Shown: one piece after another, positions 18,619 through 28,329 of the stretch
Numbering within the stretch: position 1 is the stretch's first letter
Layout of the letters: each line of letters opens with the position of its first letter
Notes under the pieces: model-generated
Told to the model about the DNA's origin: nothing
The model's database searches: none
Seen by the model: the letters and a program-made list of their open reading frames with translations, nothing else
Source of the DNA: an uncultured Alphaproteobacteria bacterium
GTDB taxonomy: Bacteria > Pseudomonadota > Alphaproteobacteria > HIMB59 > GCA-002718135
Assembly (NCBI GenBank): GCA_902522865.1
Contig: CABYXC010000009.1
Location: 2,007 to 66,006, forward strand
DNA: 64,000 nucleotides
Direction of reading: 5' to 3'
Made by a program: the position numbers and the translations under genes

Positions 18619-19944
18619 ATGTTCAATCTAATATCAAATGAAAAAGAAAAAATGAAAGTAATTAATTATTATCATTTTTCAACTGCACTACAAATGTGTG
18701 CTGTTATAGGAACAGTTGCAGCACCTTTAACATTATATTCTGTAGAATTAGGATTAGATCCAGATAGAATTGGTATTTTAGGTAGTCTTATGGCTTTTTG
18801 CCAAGTTTTAGCTTTAATTAGTATCCCTTTAACTCTTTATTTTGGTAGTAAGATTTTATCTATTTGGACATTATTTAGCAGGTACATTTTTCTTTTAATT
18901 TTTTTAATTGTTCCGTTTTATCAAGATAATTTAACACTTGTTTTCTACTTGTTATTTTTTGCAATGCTCATGTTTTCTATTTTACGTTCATTATCTGAAG
19001 CTGCATTTGTGCCTTGGATGCAAGAATTTATTCCAAGAGACGTTAGGGGTAGAGTTATTGGCATTAATGGAATTATCTGTACACCCTTTGCTTTAGTTGC
19101 ATCATATGGAATAAAAATCTGGTTGGACAGTAGAGAGGGTTTAGAAAGATTTTACCCAGTTTTTTTTATAGCAATAATTCTTGGACTAATATCAGCTCTT
19201 TTACTTTTAAAATTAAGAGGGGGAAAAAAAATTAAAGGACGAGATGATGATCAAGGTTATTTAAGAAATTTACTTAAAGCAACAAAAGATAAAAATTTTA
19301 ACTTATTTTTAGTTTCATCAGGAACACAATATTTAGTCATTACCATACTAGCTATTTTCTTAACTCTCTATTTTAAAATTAGAATGAATATTCCAAGTGG
19401 GGAATTAATTTTTTCTTCAACTTTAATTCTAATTGGTGGGACGTGTAGTGGTTTAGTAGTTGGAAGAGTAACAGATAGTTATGGTTGTAGGGGTATAAGA
19501 GTAATATTCCAAAGCCTACAAATAATACTATTACTTACTTTACCATTTATAAATTCTGATACTCCTTACTTAAGCTACGTAATTGGAATAATTTTCTTTC
19601 TCTTTGGTTTCTTAATGTGGGGAAGTGCATCAATAGGTTATATTTTTATGCTAAACTATGTACCAAGTAATAACAAAGAATCTTTTATGTCGCTTGCTTA
19701 TAGCTTAGATGGAATAACAGCAGGAGTGACAACAGTATTAGCTGGTTATTTAGTTGTTTGGTTAGATAATAATGAGATAATTTTGTTTGATAAATTACTA
19801 GGTAGCTATGAAGTTTTATTTGTTATTTGTGCATTTATTATAGCAATTTCTATGAATGCTTTTATTCTTATAAGAGAAGAAGGAGCTATGGGAGTTAGGA
19901 CTTTTTTGAGACAATTAATTTTTTACAGAAAGCAATTACCATAA
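18619..19944 (+). CDS. MFS-type transporter
   Basis: About 12 hydrophobic segments with a central charged loop (LRGGKKIKGRDDDQG), and a DxxGRR-like motif RVTDSYGCRG. Confidence 0.65.
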   Translation: MFNLISNEKEKMKVINYYHFSTALQMCAVIGTVAAPLTLYSVELGLDPDRIGILGSLMAFCQVLALISIPLTLYFGSKILSIWTLFSRYIFLLIFLIVPFYQDNLTLVFYLLFFAMLMFSILRSLSEAAFVPWMQEFIPRDVRGRVIGINGIICTPFALVASYGIKIWLDSREGLERFYPVFFIAIILGLISALLLLKLRGGKKIKGRDDDQGYLRNLLKATKDKNFNLFLVSSGTQYLVITILAIFLTLYFKIRMNIPSGELIFSSTLILIGGTCSGLVVGRVTDSYGCRGIRVIFQSLQIILLLTLPFINSDTPYLSYVIGIIFFLFGFLMWGSASIGYIFMLNYVPSNNKESFMSLAYSLDGITAGVTTVLAGYLVVWLDNNEIILFDKLLGSYEVLFVICAFIIAISMNAFILIREEGAMGVRTFLRQLIFYRKQLP

Positions 19945-19948
19945 AATA

Positions 19949-21067
19949 TTATTCAAATTTTAAACGTATCCAATGTAGATCCATTTTTTTATCATTACCC
20001 GCATAATAAAAAACTAAAACTTTCCCACTCTGTAAAACATCAGCATAGGGCAATCCAAAACTCCATATATTCATGTCAGCTAATAACCCTCCTAGCTCTT
20101 TACTATTTTGTTTAATTTTTATTTGATTAAAAATTGTTACCTCAGAAATTTCATCAAAATGAGCATTGAGATTATCTGATACTCTTACTTTTATGCTTTG
20201 ATTTTTAAATCTATCAACCCATGCTAACACTACCTTACCATCCTTTAATAATGCAGGATGAGAAGGTTGATCAGAAATATTTAAATCTTTTGGCTGAGAC
20301 CATGTTTTACCTTCATCATTACTTATTCTTTGATGAATATTAAGGAAAGTTTTTTTTGCCGAATCATATGTCCATGCAAAAGAAGTAATAGTTCCATTTT
20401 TATTTACACCACATCTTAAATCCCAATTAAAAATTCTTCCAGTTTCATCACCTGCTGCTAAATAAGGTTTAGACCATGTTTTTCCATTATCAGAAGAACA
20501 TATGAAAATATTTTTTTGATACCATTTTGATTCATCATAATAATCTTTATTATTTTCAATACTCATAATTAATTTTCCATTTGGTAATTTCATAATAGGA
20601 TTGGTAAGACTTGGTGGACCAATGTCTTTAGGTAGCTGAACTTTTCTAAGTTTTGACCACGTATTCCCATTATCATAAGAATCTGCAATTAGAATTTTCA
20701 TTGGAAGACAGCCTTCAGTATTAGCATTAAATAATTCTTTTCCTGGAATAGAAGTTCGATCGATCCACAATAATGATGCAATAATATGAGAATCAGAAAT
20801 TTCAGTTAAATAGCAAAGTTTTAGACTGCCTTTAAGATTATCTATTTTAACATTTTTAAAAGGCTCCCAAGGTTCTGACCATTTCTCACCTTCATCATCT
20901 GATCGAAAAAACTCTATTCCCTCTAATTCAGAATCTTTATTATTTCCACCTCTTGCAGTGGCAAGAATAGATCCATTACTAAGAGAAACAAATGATGAAA
21001 AAGTATAGCATGCTTTATTTGAATCAATTTTTGCAGAACATAAGATACCTGAAGAATCTATTTTCAT
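19949..21067 (-). CDS. BNR/Asp-box repeat beta-propeller protein (sialidase superfamily), no signal peptide
   Basis: Asp-boxes SDDEGEKWSEP, SYDNGNTWSK, SSDNGKTWSKP, SNDEGKTWSQP. Confidence 0.75.
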   Translation of the reverse strand: MKIDSSGILCSAKIDSNKACYTFSSFVSLSNGSILATARGGNNKDSELEGIEFFRSDDEGEKWSEPWEPFKNVKIDNLKGSLKLCYLTEISDSHIIASLLWIDRTSIPGKELFNANTEGCLPMKILIADSYDNGNTWSKLRKVQLPKDIGPPSLTNPIMKLPNGKLIMSIENNKDYYDESKWYQKNIFICSSDNGKTWSKPYLAAGDETGRIFNWDLRCGVNKNGTITSFAWTYDSAKKTFLNIHQRISNDEGKTWSQPKDLNISDQPSHPALLKDGKVVLAWVDRFKNQSIKVRVSDNLNAHFDEISEVTIFNQIKIKQNSKELGGLLADMNIWSFGLPYADVLQSGKVLVFYYAGNDKKMDLHWIRLKFE

Positions 21068-21078
21068 TTAATAAAATT

Positions 21079-21564
21079 TTATTTTTTTTTCTTAGGCCAT
21101 TCCATTAAAAGTTTGGCATTTTTTTCTTCTTCAATAGCCTTTTCTTTATCTTTAAAAATTTTCACTACGCATTGAGGTTTATTACGATCAATTACATCAT
21201 AAACTAGATGGTGATCTACTTTATCAATAAGTGGGCCTATCCAACCAGCACAATGATCGCAGTATCTTTTCATAGGCTCTGCATCATTATCCAAAACTTT
21301 ACTAAGACTTGGACAAACATTCATTCTTAATTCTAATTTTTCGTCATCTAATTTTAAATCCATATCACAGTTTTCTTCAATTCTAATATGATCCCAGTAT
21401 TCATACATCCCCTTCAAACCTTTTTCTTTGAATAACTTTAAAGTATGTTTTTCTTGATTTTTACTGATTTCCAACCAGTAAGCCTCTAGATGTTCTTCTC
21501 CTTGATCTTCGAGAAACTTAAAAACTTCGTTATAGAAACGGGTAAAATGATCACTAGGTATCAT
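21079..21564 (-). CDS. hypothetical protein, Cys-containing, paralogous in pattern to upstream neighbour
   Basis: Coding-like ORF. The internal ATG at 21564 forms an ATGA overlap with the upstream stop codon and is preferred over 21591. Spaced Cys pattern VCPSL...YCDHCAGW...QCVVKI. Confidence 0.5.
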   Translation of the reverse strand: MIPSDHFTRFYNEVFKFLEDQGEEHLEAYWLEISKNQEKHTLKLFKEKGLKGMYEYWDHIRIEENCDMDLKLDDEKLELRMNVCPSLSKVLDNDAEPMKRYCDHCAGWIGPLIDKVDHHLVYDVIDRNKPQCVVKIFKDKEKAIEEEKNAKLLMEWPKKKK

Positions 21565-22061
21565 GCTCTTTTCCTTATAGTTTGTCTGCATGCTGCTTCT
21601 CCTAAAATTTCAGTTTTAATTTCGTATGGAGTATCTTCAGCCAGTGCTTCATTTGTTTTAATAGTTTGATCACAAAAGTTAGGTGAAACATTTCCAACCA
21701 ACTTTCTTACATGTTCATATGCTGTACAACGATTAACTGTTAAAATAATTTCTTCATCATTAATAGAAATATTATAATCAGCATTTTCCCGATCAAAAAA
21801 ATGCTGCCAATGTTTAGCTAACATTTTGATATTCCCTTTTTTAATATGATCTTTGATATCTTTATAAACATCATTACCAACTTTTTTGAAGATATCGTTC
21901 ATGGTATCGATACCATATTTATTAATTATAAACTCAATAGTTGTATTTGTAGCACCGTGAAAATCCATGTGGACATTGCCACCATCGTTGTAACGAAGTT
22001 TTTGATCTAAATTATTTTTATTCACTTTTATATACAGATTTTCCAGCAATATAGGTTTCAC
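21561..22061 (-). CDS. hypothetical protein, Cys-containing
   Basis: Coding-like ORF with similar length and C...C...C spacing (NRCTAY...FCDQT...ACRQTI) to the downstream gene. The start is uncertain because it overlaps the nagA-like 3' end by 44 nt. Confidence 0.45.
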   Translation of the reverse strand: MKPILLENLYIKVNKNNLDQKLRYNDGGNVHMDFHGATNTTIEFIINKYGIDTMNDIFKKVGNDVYKDIKDHIKKGNIKMLAKHWQHFFDRENADYNISINDEEIILTVNRCTAYEHVRKLVGNVSPNFCDQTIKTNEALAEDTPYEIKTEILGEAACRQTIRKRA

Positions 22062-23196
22062 TAATCTCCAAATTATCTTTTTGTAAAAGAATAAAATCAG
22101 CTAATTTATTTTTTTCAATACTTCCCATAATATTTTCTAAACCTATTACTCTTGCTGGTACTAAACTTGCAGCAATAGCAACTTGGGATAAAGTTTTTTT
22201 TGAAAACTTATAATAATTTTGTAATGCTTCAATAGAAGTTAATGATGACCCAGCTAATAAACCATTATAAGTAGAAGCTTTCCCTTTTTCTACTGTACAC
22301 CATCTTCCAGGAAAAAATTCAAACTTAACAGGAACTGGAGAGCCGGCTCCCTTAACAGAGTCCGTTTCTAAGAATACTCTATCAGTTGGTAAGTGAGATA
22401 GTAGTTCAACTAATTGAGGGTGAACATGAATACCGTCACATATAACTCCAAGAGCAATTCGTGTTTCAGCAATTAAAGCATCAGTTAGAGATAATACATG
22501 AACACCTGTGTCATCTGGTGGATAAGTTGGAAGTGCATCATACATATGTGTTACAGCATCAACCCCCCAATCTGCAAATTTAGGAACATCAATTGGATTG
22601 GCTCCACTGTGACCCAAATGAATTGAAATATTTTCTTTTTTAAGTCTCTTTATAAATTCTTCTGAACCATTCATTTCTGGCGCTAATGTCAGAGCTTTTA
22701 ATTTACCCTGGCATGCATCTAATAATTCTTCGGCTAAAGATACAGAAGGATTTCGAAGATTTTTAGGATCATGAGCCCCAGGTAATGCAAAACAAGGTCC
22801 TTCTGAATGAATTCCTAAAACACGCGCCCCCTCTTTAGCTTTATCAATGTCATTTGATAGTGCACTTAATAAAGTTTTAGTTTTTTCAGGTGGTAGGCAT
22901 GGTGTTGATGGTAAAAAACCTGTCACTCCTACTGATGGTAGTATTTTAGAATTATCAACAGTACAATTTTCTTCTGCATGACCATACAAATAATTTAAAA
23001 AACCATGTTGCAGAACATCGATCATTCCTGGAAAGATAAAGTTATTCTGACCATCAATTATTTTCCAGTCATCAGAAATATTTTCATTTGGATTTAAAAT
23101 ATCAACAATTTTATCGCTATCAATTAGAAGATCTTTATCTTCTTCTCCATATGGAGTTACTAAAGTAACATTTGTAAATCTTTGTTTGTGTTGCAT
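22018..23196 (-). CDS. nagA: N-acetylglucosamine-6-phosphate deacetylase-like amidohydrolase
   Basis: FIFPGMIDVLQHG, GIHSEGPCF, LTLAPE, HLGHSGA, VTHMYDA and CDGIHVHP parallel the E. coli NagA motifs (HLEGP, TLAPE, AGHSNA, THLYNAM, DGLH). Confidence 0.75.
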   Translation of the reverse strand: MQHKQRFTNVTLVTPYGEEDKDLLIDSDKIVDILNPNENISDDWKIIDGQNNFIFPGMIDVLQHGFLNYLYGHAEENCTVDNSKILPSVGVTGFLPSTPCLPPEKTKTLLSALSNDIDKAKEGARVLGIHSEGPCFALPGAHDPKNLRNPSVSLAEELLDACQGKLKALTLAPEMNGSEEFIKRLKKENISIHLGHSGANPIDVPKFADWGVDAVTHMYDALPTYPPDDTGVHVLSLTDALIAETRIALGVICDGIHVHPQLVELLSHLPTDRVFLETDSVKGAGSPVPVKFEFFPGRWCTVEKGKASTYNGLLAGSSLTSIEALQNYYKFSKKTLSQVAIAASLVPARVIGLENIMGSIEKNKLADFILLQKDNLEISETYIAGKSVYKSE

Positions 23197-23266
23197 ATAT
23201 TTAATTTAATATTAAGGTAAAACCTAAAACAACTATAGTGAAAAAACAAGAACTAGGGGAAATAAG

Positions 23267-24031
23267 ATGAAAGACCAATGTGTATGTATAACTGGATCTA
23301 CACATGGTATAGGATTTGGAATTGCAGAAGCATTTGCTAAAAAAGGAGCGAAAATTGTCATTAATTCTCATGAAAAAGATAATGGCGCTTTAGATAAGCT
23401 CAAAAATTTGACAGAGTGTTATTTTGTACAATCAGATCTATCAACAATTGATGGAAATAAAAAACTAATTCAAGAAGCAAAAGTTAAACTTGGAAAAATA
23501 GATACTCTTATAAATAATGCTGGTACTTTTCAAGATACTGATTTTGAAAATATTAATAAAGAAAAATTTGATAAAACATTTAATCTGAACGTTAGAGGTT
23601 ATATGTTTACATCTCAAGAATTTGTAAAACAAATTTCAAACGATCAAAATAATAGTAGTATTATTTGTATTGGTTCCTCTAACTCCTTAGCAGCTGAAAA
23701 AAACAGCGTCATGTATGATACTTCCAAAGGAGCTGTACTAATGATGATTAAATCAATGGCTGTAAGTTTAGCATCAAAGAACATACGTGTTAATGGTATT
23801 GGTCCAGGTATACTCGAAACACCACTGACTAGTGCAGGCCTAAATAAAGGAAATAATAAAAAAGTAATCAGTTCACAAATTCCACTTGGCAGGATTGGGG
23901 AGCCATCAGATATCGGTGGAGCAGCTGTATTTTTAGCATCTGAAGAAGCAAAATATATTACAGGACAAATGTTATACGTCGATGGTGGAATTTTAGCTAA
24001 TCAATTAAATTGGGATGAGTCACTTTTATAA
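23267..24031 (+). CDS. short-chain dehydrogenase/reductase
   Basis: ITGSTHGIGFGIA (TGxxxGxG), NNAG, catalytic YDTSK, and the PG motif IGPGILETP. Confidence 0.85.
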   Translation: MKDQCVCITGSTHGIGFGIAEAFAKKGAKIVINSHEKDNGALDKLKNLTECYFVQSDLSTIDGNKKLIQEAKVKLGKIDTLINNAGTFQDTDFENINKEKFDKTFNLNVRGYMFTSQEFVKQISNDQNNSSIICIGSSNSLAAEKNSVMYDTSKGAVLMMIKSMAVSLASKNIRVNGIGPGILETPLTSAGLNKGNNKKVISSQIPLGRIGEPSDIGGAAVFLASEEAKYITGQMLYVDGGILANQLNWDESLL

Positions 24032-24054
24032 AAAAATTTAAAAAAGGAGAGAAT

Positions 24055-24444
24055 ATGATTAAAATAATAACCACTGGTGCAAAATCAGTTTTACCTTTTA
24101 GCCCCGCAATTAAAGCAGGTGATTTTGTATATGTTTCAGGTCAAGCATCCGTTGATCGAGAAAATGGGTCAGTCATCGAAGGGACATTTGAAGAAGAAAT
24201 GAGACGTTCAATTGAAAATTTAGAAGTGATTTTAAAAGAAGCAGGTCTGACCTTGGATCATGTTATTAATGTTAAGGGCTACGTAGCTGATCAAAAAGAT
24301 TTAAAAGAATATAATAAAATTTATCCTGAATATTTTAAAGATCCACTACCAACAAGAAGTACAATTGTAAAAGTATTGCCTACTTTCTTAAAATTTGAGC
24401 TTGATTGTGTGGCTTATGCGCCAAATACTAGACAAGAAGAATAA
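24055..24444 (+). CDS. ridA: RidA/YjgF/TdcF-family enamine/imine deaminase
   Basis: 129 aa. PFSPAIKAGDFVYVSGQ, the LDHVINVKGYV pattern, PTRSTI. Confidence 0.85.
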   Translation: MIKIITTGAKSVLPFSPAIKAGDFVYVSGQASVDRENGSVIEGTFEEEMRRSIENLEVILKEAGLTLDHVINVKGYVADQKDLKEYNKIYPEYFKDPLPTRSTIVKVLPTFLKFELDCVAYAPNTRQEE

Positions 24445-25725
24445 CTAAAAATAAGTTAATATTCCATCAAGAACATTATAATCATCATCAACAACTGGAA
24501 TAAATTTCCATTTATCAAATGCTGTACATGGATGTGAAATACCAGAACAAATCATATCTCCTACCTGCCATTGATGATTATCAGCAAGTTTAACAAAGGC
24601 ATGTTGATCATTTGTGCTAAATATTTCTGCTTCACCAATATCTAAGAAACCTTCCCCAGGTCTAAATCTTTTTATAGGTTTTGGTAAACCTGAATCATAT
24701 GGAGCATCTCGTTTTCCCATAGTTAGAAAAGCAAGATTATTTTCAGGAATGGATTGTACATAGGACCAAATTTCAAGAGCTGGTTGTAGAGATTGATCCC
24801 ATTGTCTATTGGAATCACTTTTAGCTGTTTCAAGTGCATCTAAGTAAGGTCCATGATCATGTGTAATATAACATCCACTTCGTAATAGTACTTTAATAGG
24901 AACACTGAGTTTAATTTTTGAAAATCTTTCCCCCACAATATCAAAATGAGTTGATCCACCGGCCGTAATTAATAATTCATTTAGATGAGAGTAATAATTT
25001 GAAGAAATATCATTAATAATATCCTCAATCTTTGAACAAAAATCATGCACAGCATTTGAACCTTTCATAGCAACAGCCGCTATGCCCTCATAAGAAGATA
25101 TACCTGCAAAAGTAAAATTCTTTGATGAATCCTCTCCAATTATATTAACGAGTTTTAAAAAATCTTCTTTTTTACGTATACCGGTCCGTCCATTTTCTGC
25201 ACCTATTTCAGGCAATAAATTTATTGGATGGGTTAAATTTTGATCACCAAGATTTTTTTTAATATTTAAAAACTGTTCAATAGAATCAACAAAACAATAA
25301 AAGGAAAAATTTTTATTTTGATTAATATATGATGCTATTGTTTCTAAATGCGATTTACCTAAAAGTTGATTTGCAAGTAAAACTTTTTTGATACCAAAAT
25401 CAAACATAACTTGAATTTGATTAATAGCACCAGCTGTAATGCCCCATGCACCATGTTTTATTTGCTCAGAAAAAATCTGAGGGGCCATAGTAGTTTTACC
25501 GTGAGGAGCAATATCTAGATTGTGTTTTTCTAAATAATTTGAAAAAGTTTTTAAATTATGGAAATAATTTTTTTGTTTTAATACCATCAATGGCATTGGC
25601 ATATCTTCTTTCAAAATATTCCATTTTTTATTTTTAAGCTCTTTTAATGGAAATGGTTCACTTGAACCTGGAATACCTTTAGTTCGCCTGTCTAAAATAG
25701 TATTTTGAATTTTACTTAAATCCAT
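24445..25725 (-). CDS. D-serine dehydratase / D-threonine aldolase-like PLP enzyme (alanine-racemase N-domain fold)
   Basis: PLP-Lys context APHGKTTMAPQI, followed by GAWGITAG...LLANQLLGK. About 420 aa with a C-terminal beta domain. Confidence 0.6.
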   Translation of the reverse strand: MDLSKIQNTILDRRTKGIPGSSEPFPLKELKNKKWNILKEDMPMPLMVLKQKNYFHNLKTFSNYLEKHNLDIAPHGKTTMAPQIFSEQIKHGAWGITAGAINQIQVMFDFGIKKVLLANQLLGKSHLETIASYINQNKNFSFYCFVDSIEQFLNIKKNLGDQNLTHPINLLPEIGAENGRTGIRKKEDFLKLVNIIGEDSSKNFTFAGISSYEGIAAVAMKGSNAVHDFCSKIEDIINDISSNYYSHLNELLITAGGSTHFDIVGERFSKIKLSVPIKVLLRSGCYITHDHGPYLDALETAKSDSNRQWDQSLQPALEIWSYVQSIPENNLAFLTMGKRDAPYDSGLPKPIKRFRPGEGFLDIGEAEIFSTNDQHAFVKLADNHQWQVGDMICSGISHPCTAFDKWKFIPVVDDDYNVLDGILTYF

Positions 25726-26549
25726 TAAGAATTAATTTCTTCAAACTGACTAACTAAATTCTCTGCATAATCGGATAATGCAATTACATCAGCACCAATA
25801 TTTAGAAGATTGTATCCCATATCAATATAATTTTTTGCAACTCCGGGTCCACCTGGAGTAGCTGCAATTTTATTATTTTTTCTTGCTACTTCTGCAACTT
25901 TTTTTCTTGCACTTACAACATCAGGATGATCCATTTGACCTGGAACGCCAAGTGAAAGAGAATAATCTCCAGGCCCAAAAAAAAGTGCATCTACCCCTTC
26001 CATTTCAGCAATAGCTTCAACATCATTAATTACTTCAGGTGTTTCAATCTGATAGATTACTATTCTTTCTTGATTAGCTTGCTTAATATACTCAGCCATA
26101 TCAAGCTTCGTGTATTTTCCATCGTTGTTACCACCATCAACTCCTCTTTTGCCTATAGGAGGAAATTTTGTAAACTCCTCAATCTCTTTTGCATCTGCTA
26201 AACTTTTTATCTGAGGTATAATTAATCCCGTACAATCAACTTCTAAACCTCTAATATAATTACTGTAGCTACCTCTATTAACACGAAGAAGAGAGTCAAC
26301 ATCATATATCTTTGCAGCGTTACTCTGATTTTCGGCCTGATTGTAATCGAGGGATCCATGTTCCATACAAAGCCAAATGGCATCTGGTTGTGCTAAGGCA
26401 AAAATTTCTGCCACTTTAATATCAACTGTGTTGCATTTTAATATTGTTGCAACTTTCCCTGCACTAGTCGTTCTTTTTACTCTACTTTTGCGAAAAGTAT
26501 TAAATGGTTTTGTTCCATTATTTGTTATTGTTTCATCATATTTAGTCAT
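25725..26549 (-). CDS. HpcH/HpaI-family 2-keto-3-deoxy-acid aldolase
   Basis: QIETPEVINDVEAIAEMEGVDALFFGPGDYSLSLG is the family's hallmark region. LRVN and an upstream Arg are present. Confidence 0.75.
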   Translation of the reverse strand: MTKYDETITNNGTKPFNTFRKSRVKRTTSAGKVATILKCNTVDIKVAEIFALAQPDAIWLCMEHGSLDYNQAENQSNAAKIYDVDSLLRVNRGSYSNYIRGLEVDCTGLIIPQIKSLADAKEIEEFTKFPPIGKRGVDGGNNDGKYTKLDMAEYIKQANQERIVIYQIETPEVINDVEAIAEMEGVDALFFGPGDYSLSLGVPGQMDHPDVVSARKKVAEVARKNNKIAATPGGPGVAKNYIDMGYNLLNIGADVIALSDYAENLVSQFEEINS

Positions 26550-26564
26550 ATTATTTATCCTTTG

Positions 26565-27356
26565 TTATTTTGCAGTATATCCACCATCAACAGCAATAAT
26601 TGTTCCTGTCAAATAAGCTGATGAGTCTGATGCTAAAAAAATTATTGGGCCTTTTAAATCAGTACTATTAGCCATTCGTCCTAGCTGGGTTCTTTTACTA
26701 TAATTTTCAACAAATCTGTCTGGATGAGAGGGAACTTTAAATCCTCCAGGAGCTAAACAATTTACTCGAATATTAAAAGGACCTAACATACTTGCTGCCC
26801 ATCTTGTAAAATTGTGCATGCCTCCCTTTTCATAAAAATATAATGGAGAAGTAGCAGGTGTGAAGTCTGTACCTTCATAATTGCCATTTTCCACACCAAC
26901 TGTACCCATCATTGATCCAATATTTATAATGGATCCAGATTTATTTTTTTTCATTCCTTCAGCAAACATATTTGTAATTTTAAATAATGCTGATGCATTT
27001 ATTCTTAAACTTTTATCAAAATCATCTAGACTGTTATCCCAACCAAGACTGCCATGCTCTCTGGAAACTGCATTATTTATCAAAACATCACATTTTCCAC
27101 TTTTCTCAATAATGTCATTGTATAATTTTTCGATTGAGTCATCCTGAGATAAATCTAATTGTAATGCAGTAACTTTATAGCCTCGTTTTGTTTCTTCTTC
27201 TGCTACTTGTTGTAAACTTTCAATATTTCGTGAAGCTATATATGTATCTGCTCCAGCTTCAGCTAATGCTTCCACTATTTGTCTTCCATAAAGTCCAGCA
27301 CCTCCAGTAACAAGTGCAACTTTACCTTTTAAAGAAAAACTTTCTAAAACATTCAT
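26565..27356 (-). CDS. short-chain dehydrogenase/reductase
   Basis: VTGGAGLYGRQIV, NNAV, C-terminal DGGYTA. Confidence 0.8.
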   Translation of the reverse strand: MNVLESFSLKGKVALVTGGAGLYGRQIVEALAEAGADTYIASRNIESLQQVAEEETKRGYKVTALQLDLSQDDSIEKLYNDIIEKSGKCDVLINNAVSREHGSLGWDNSLDDFDKSLRINASALFKITNMFAEGMKKNKSGSIINIGSMMGTVGVENGNYEGTDFTPATSPLYFYEKGGMHNFTRWAASMLGPFNIRVNCLAPGGFKVPSHPDRFVENYSKRTQLGRMANSTDLKGPIIFLASDSSAYLTGTIIAVDGGYTAK

Positions 27357-28316
27357 CTAACTAACCTCACTTAAATTAATTTTAATTCCACCCTCTTCTC
27401 TACTCTTTATACCAGCAGCAACAAGTTGCATTAATTCTTTGGTTTCCTCCCATGGAACTGGTGATATACCTGCTCGTAAATAATGAACGTATGACTCTAA
27501 TTGTTTTTTAAATGCATAAAAAGTATCATTTGATTTTAATTGTATTCCACTTTTAGTTCCAACTAAAGAAACAAGACCAAAACCACCAATCATATCAAAG
27601 ACATTAGCAATATTAATATCAATACCTTTTGAATGATGTAAATGAACAATATTTCTATCTTTATCTCCTAGATTTTGTATTGAGGTAAAGCCTGGACCAA
27701 CAATTGGATATAATGTTTCTAAAGCGTGTATCCCATATTTTTCCCAACTTTTTGCCATAGTGACATTAATGTATCTTAAATCACCTAGTTCGTAAGTTGA
27801 TAGATGGTATGGCTCGTACTCTTTACAATATCGCATTGCAGAAGAACTAATTATCGGCTTTCCTTCATCAATCCACTGTTGAAAAATTTTTAGATCAGTA
27901 AAATTATCACATAATGGTTTATCAACAAAGATTGGTACATTTGCCTCAACGAATGGTTTACATCTCTCAACATGCTCTGAACCAATATCAGTTGCAACTA
28001 AAACTGCATCGACTTGTCCAATCACATCTTTTGGATCTTCAACAATATTTTCAATTTCTGCAACATTGGCGACAAGTTTTGCATCTTCAGGATTATCTGT
28101 CCATACATGTGAAACTTCTACATCTTTTATACCTAGGGTATTTTTTGGTTGCTTTGAAATGTAATCAATAATTGCTGCATAAGGACATTGTGCTAAAGCT
28201 TCTGCATTATATCGACCGTTTATAATTATGCTCCATGAATAAGGATGTCCATTTCCTTCTGTCATTCCTAGCATTGCTAATTTGATTTTTTTATTTTCTA
28301 TGGGAAACTGAATCAT
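27357..28316 (-). CDS. Gfo/Idh/MocA-like oxidoreductase
   Basis: N-terminal Rossmann-like LAMLGMTEGNGHPYSW and an EKPL-equivalent FVDKPL. About 320 aa. Confidence 0.55.
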   Translation of the reverse strand: MIQFPIENKKIKLAMLGMTEGNGHPYSWSIIINGRYNAEALAQCPYAAIIDYISKQPKNTLGIKDVEVSHVWTDNPEDAKLVANVAEIENIVEDPKDVIGQVDAVLVATDIGSEHVERCKPFVEANVPIFVDKPLCDNFTDLKIFQQWIDEGKPIISSSAMRYCKEYEPYHLSTYELGDLRYINVTMAKSWEKYGIHALETLYPIVGPGFTSIQNLGDKDRNIVHLHHSKGIDINIANVFDMIGGFGLVSLVGTKSGIQLKSNDTFYAFKKQLESYVHYLRAGISPVPWEETKELMQLVAAGIKSREEGGIKINLSEVS

Positions 28317-28329
28317 TAATTAATATCAC

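Noticed and set aside
17531-21067. Calling the two BNR proteins exo-alpha-sialidases outright.
   Set aside because: Asp-boxes alone define the fold, not the activity. I could not see the FRIP/RIP arginine motif or assign the catalytic Tyr/Glu by eye, so only the superfamily is claimed.
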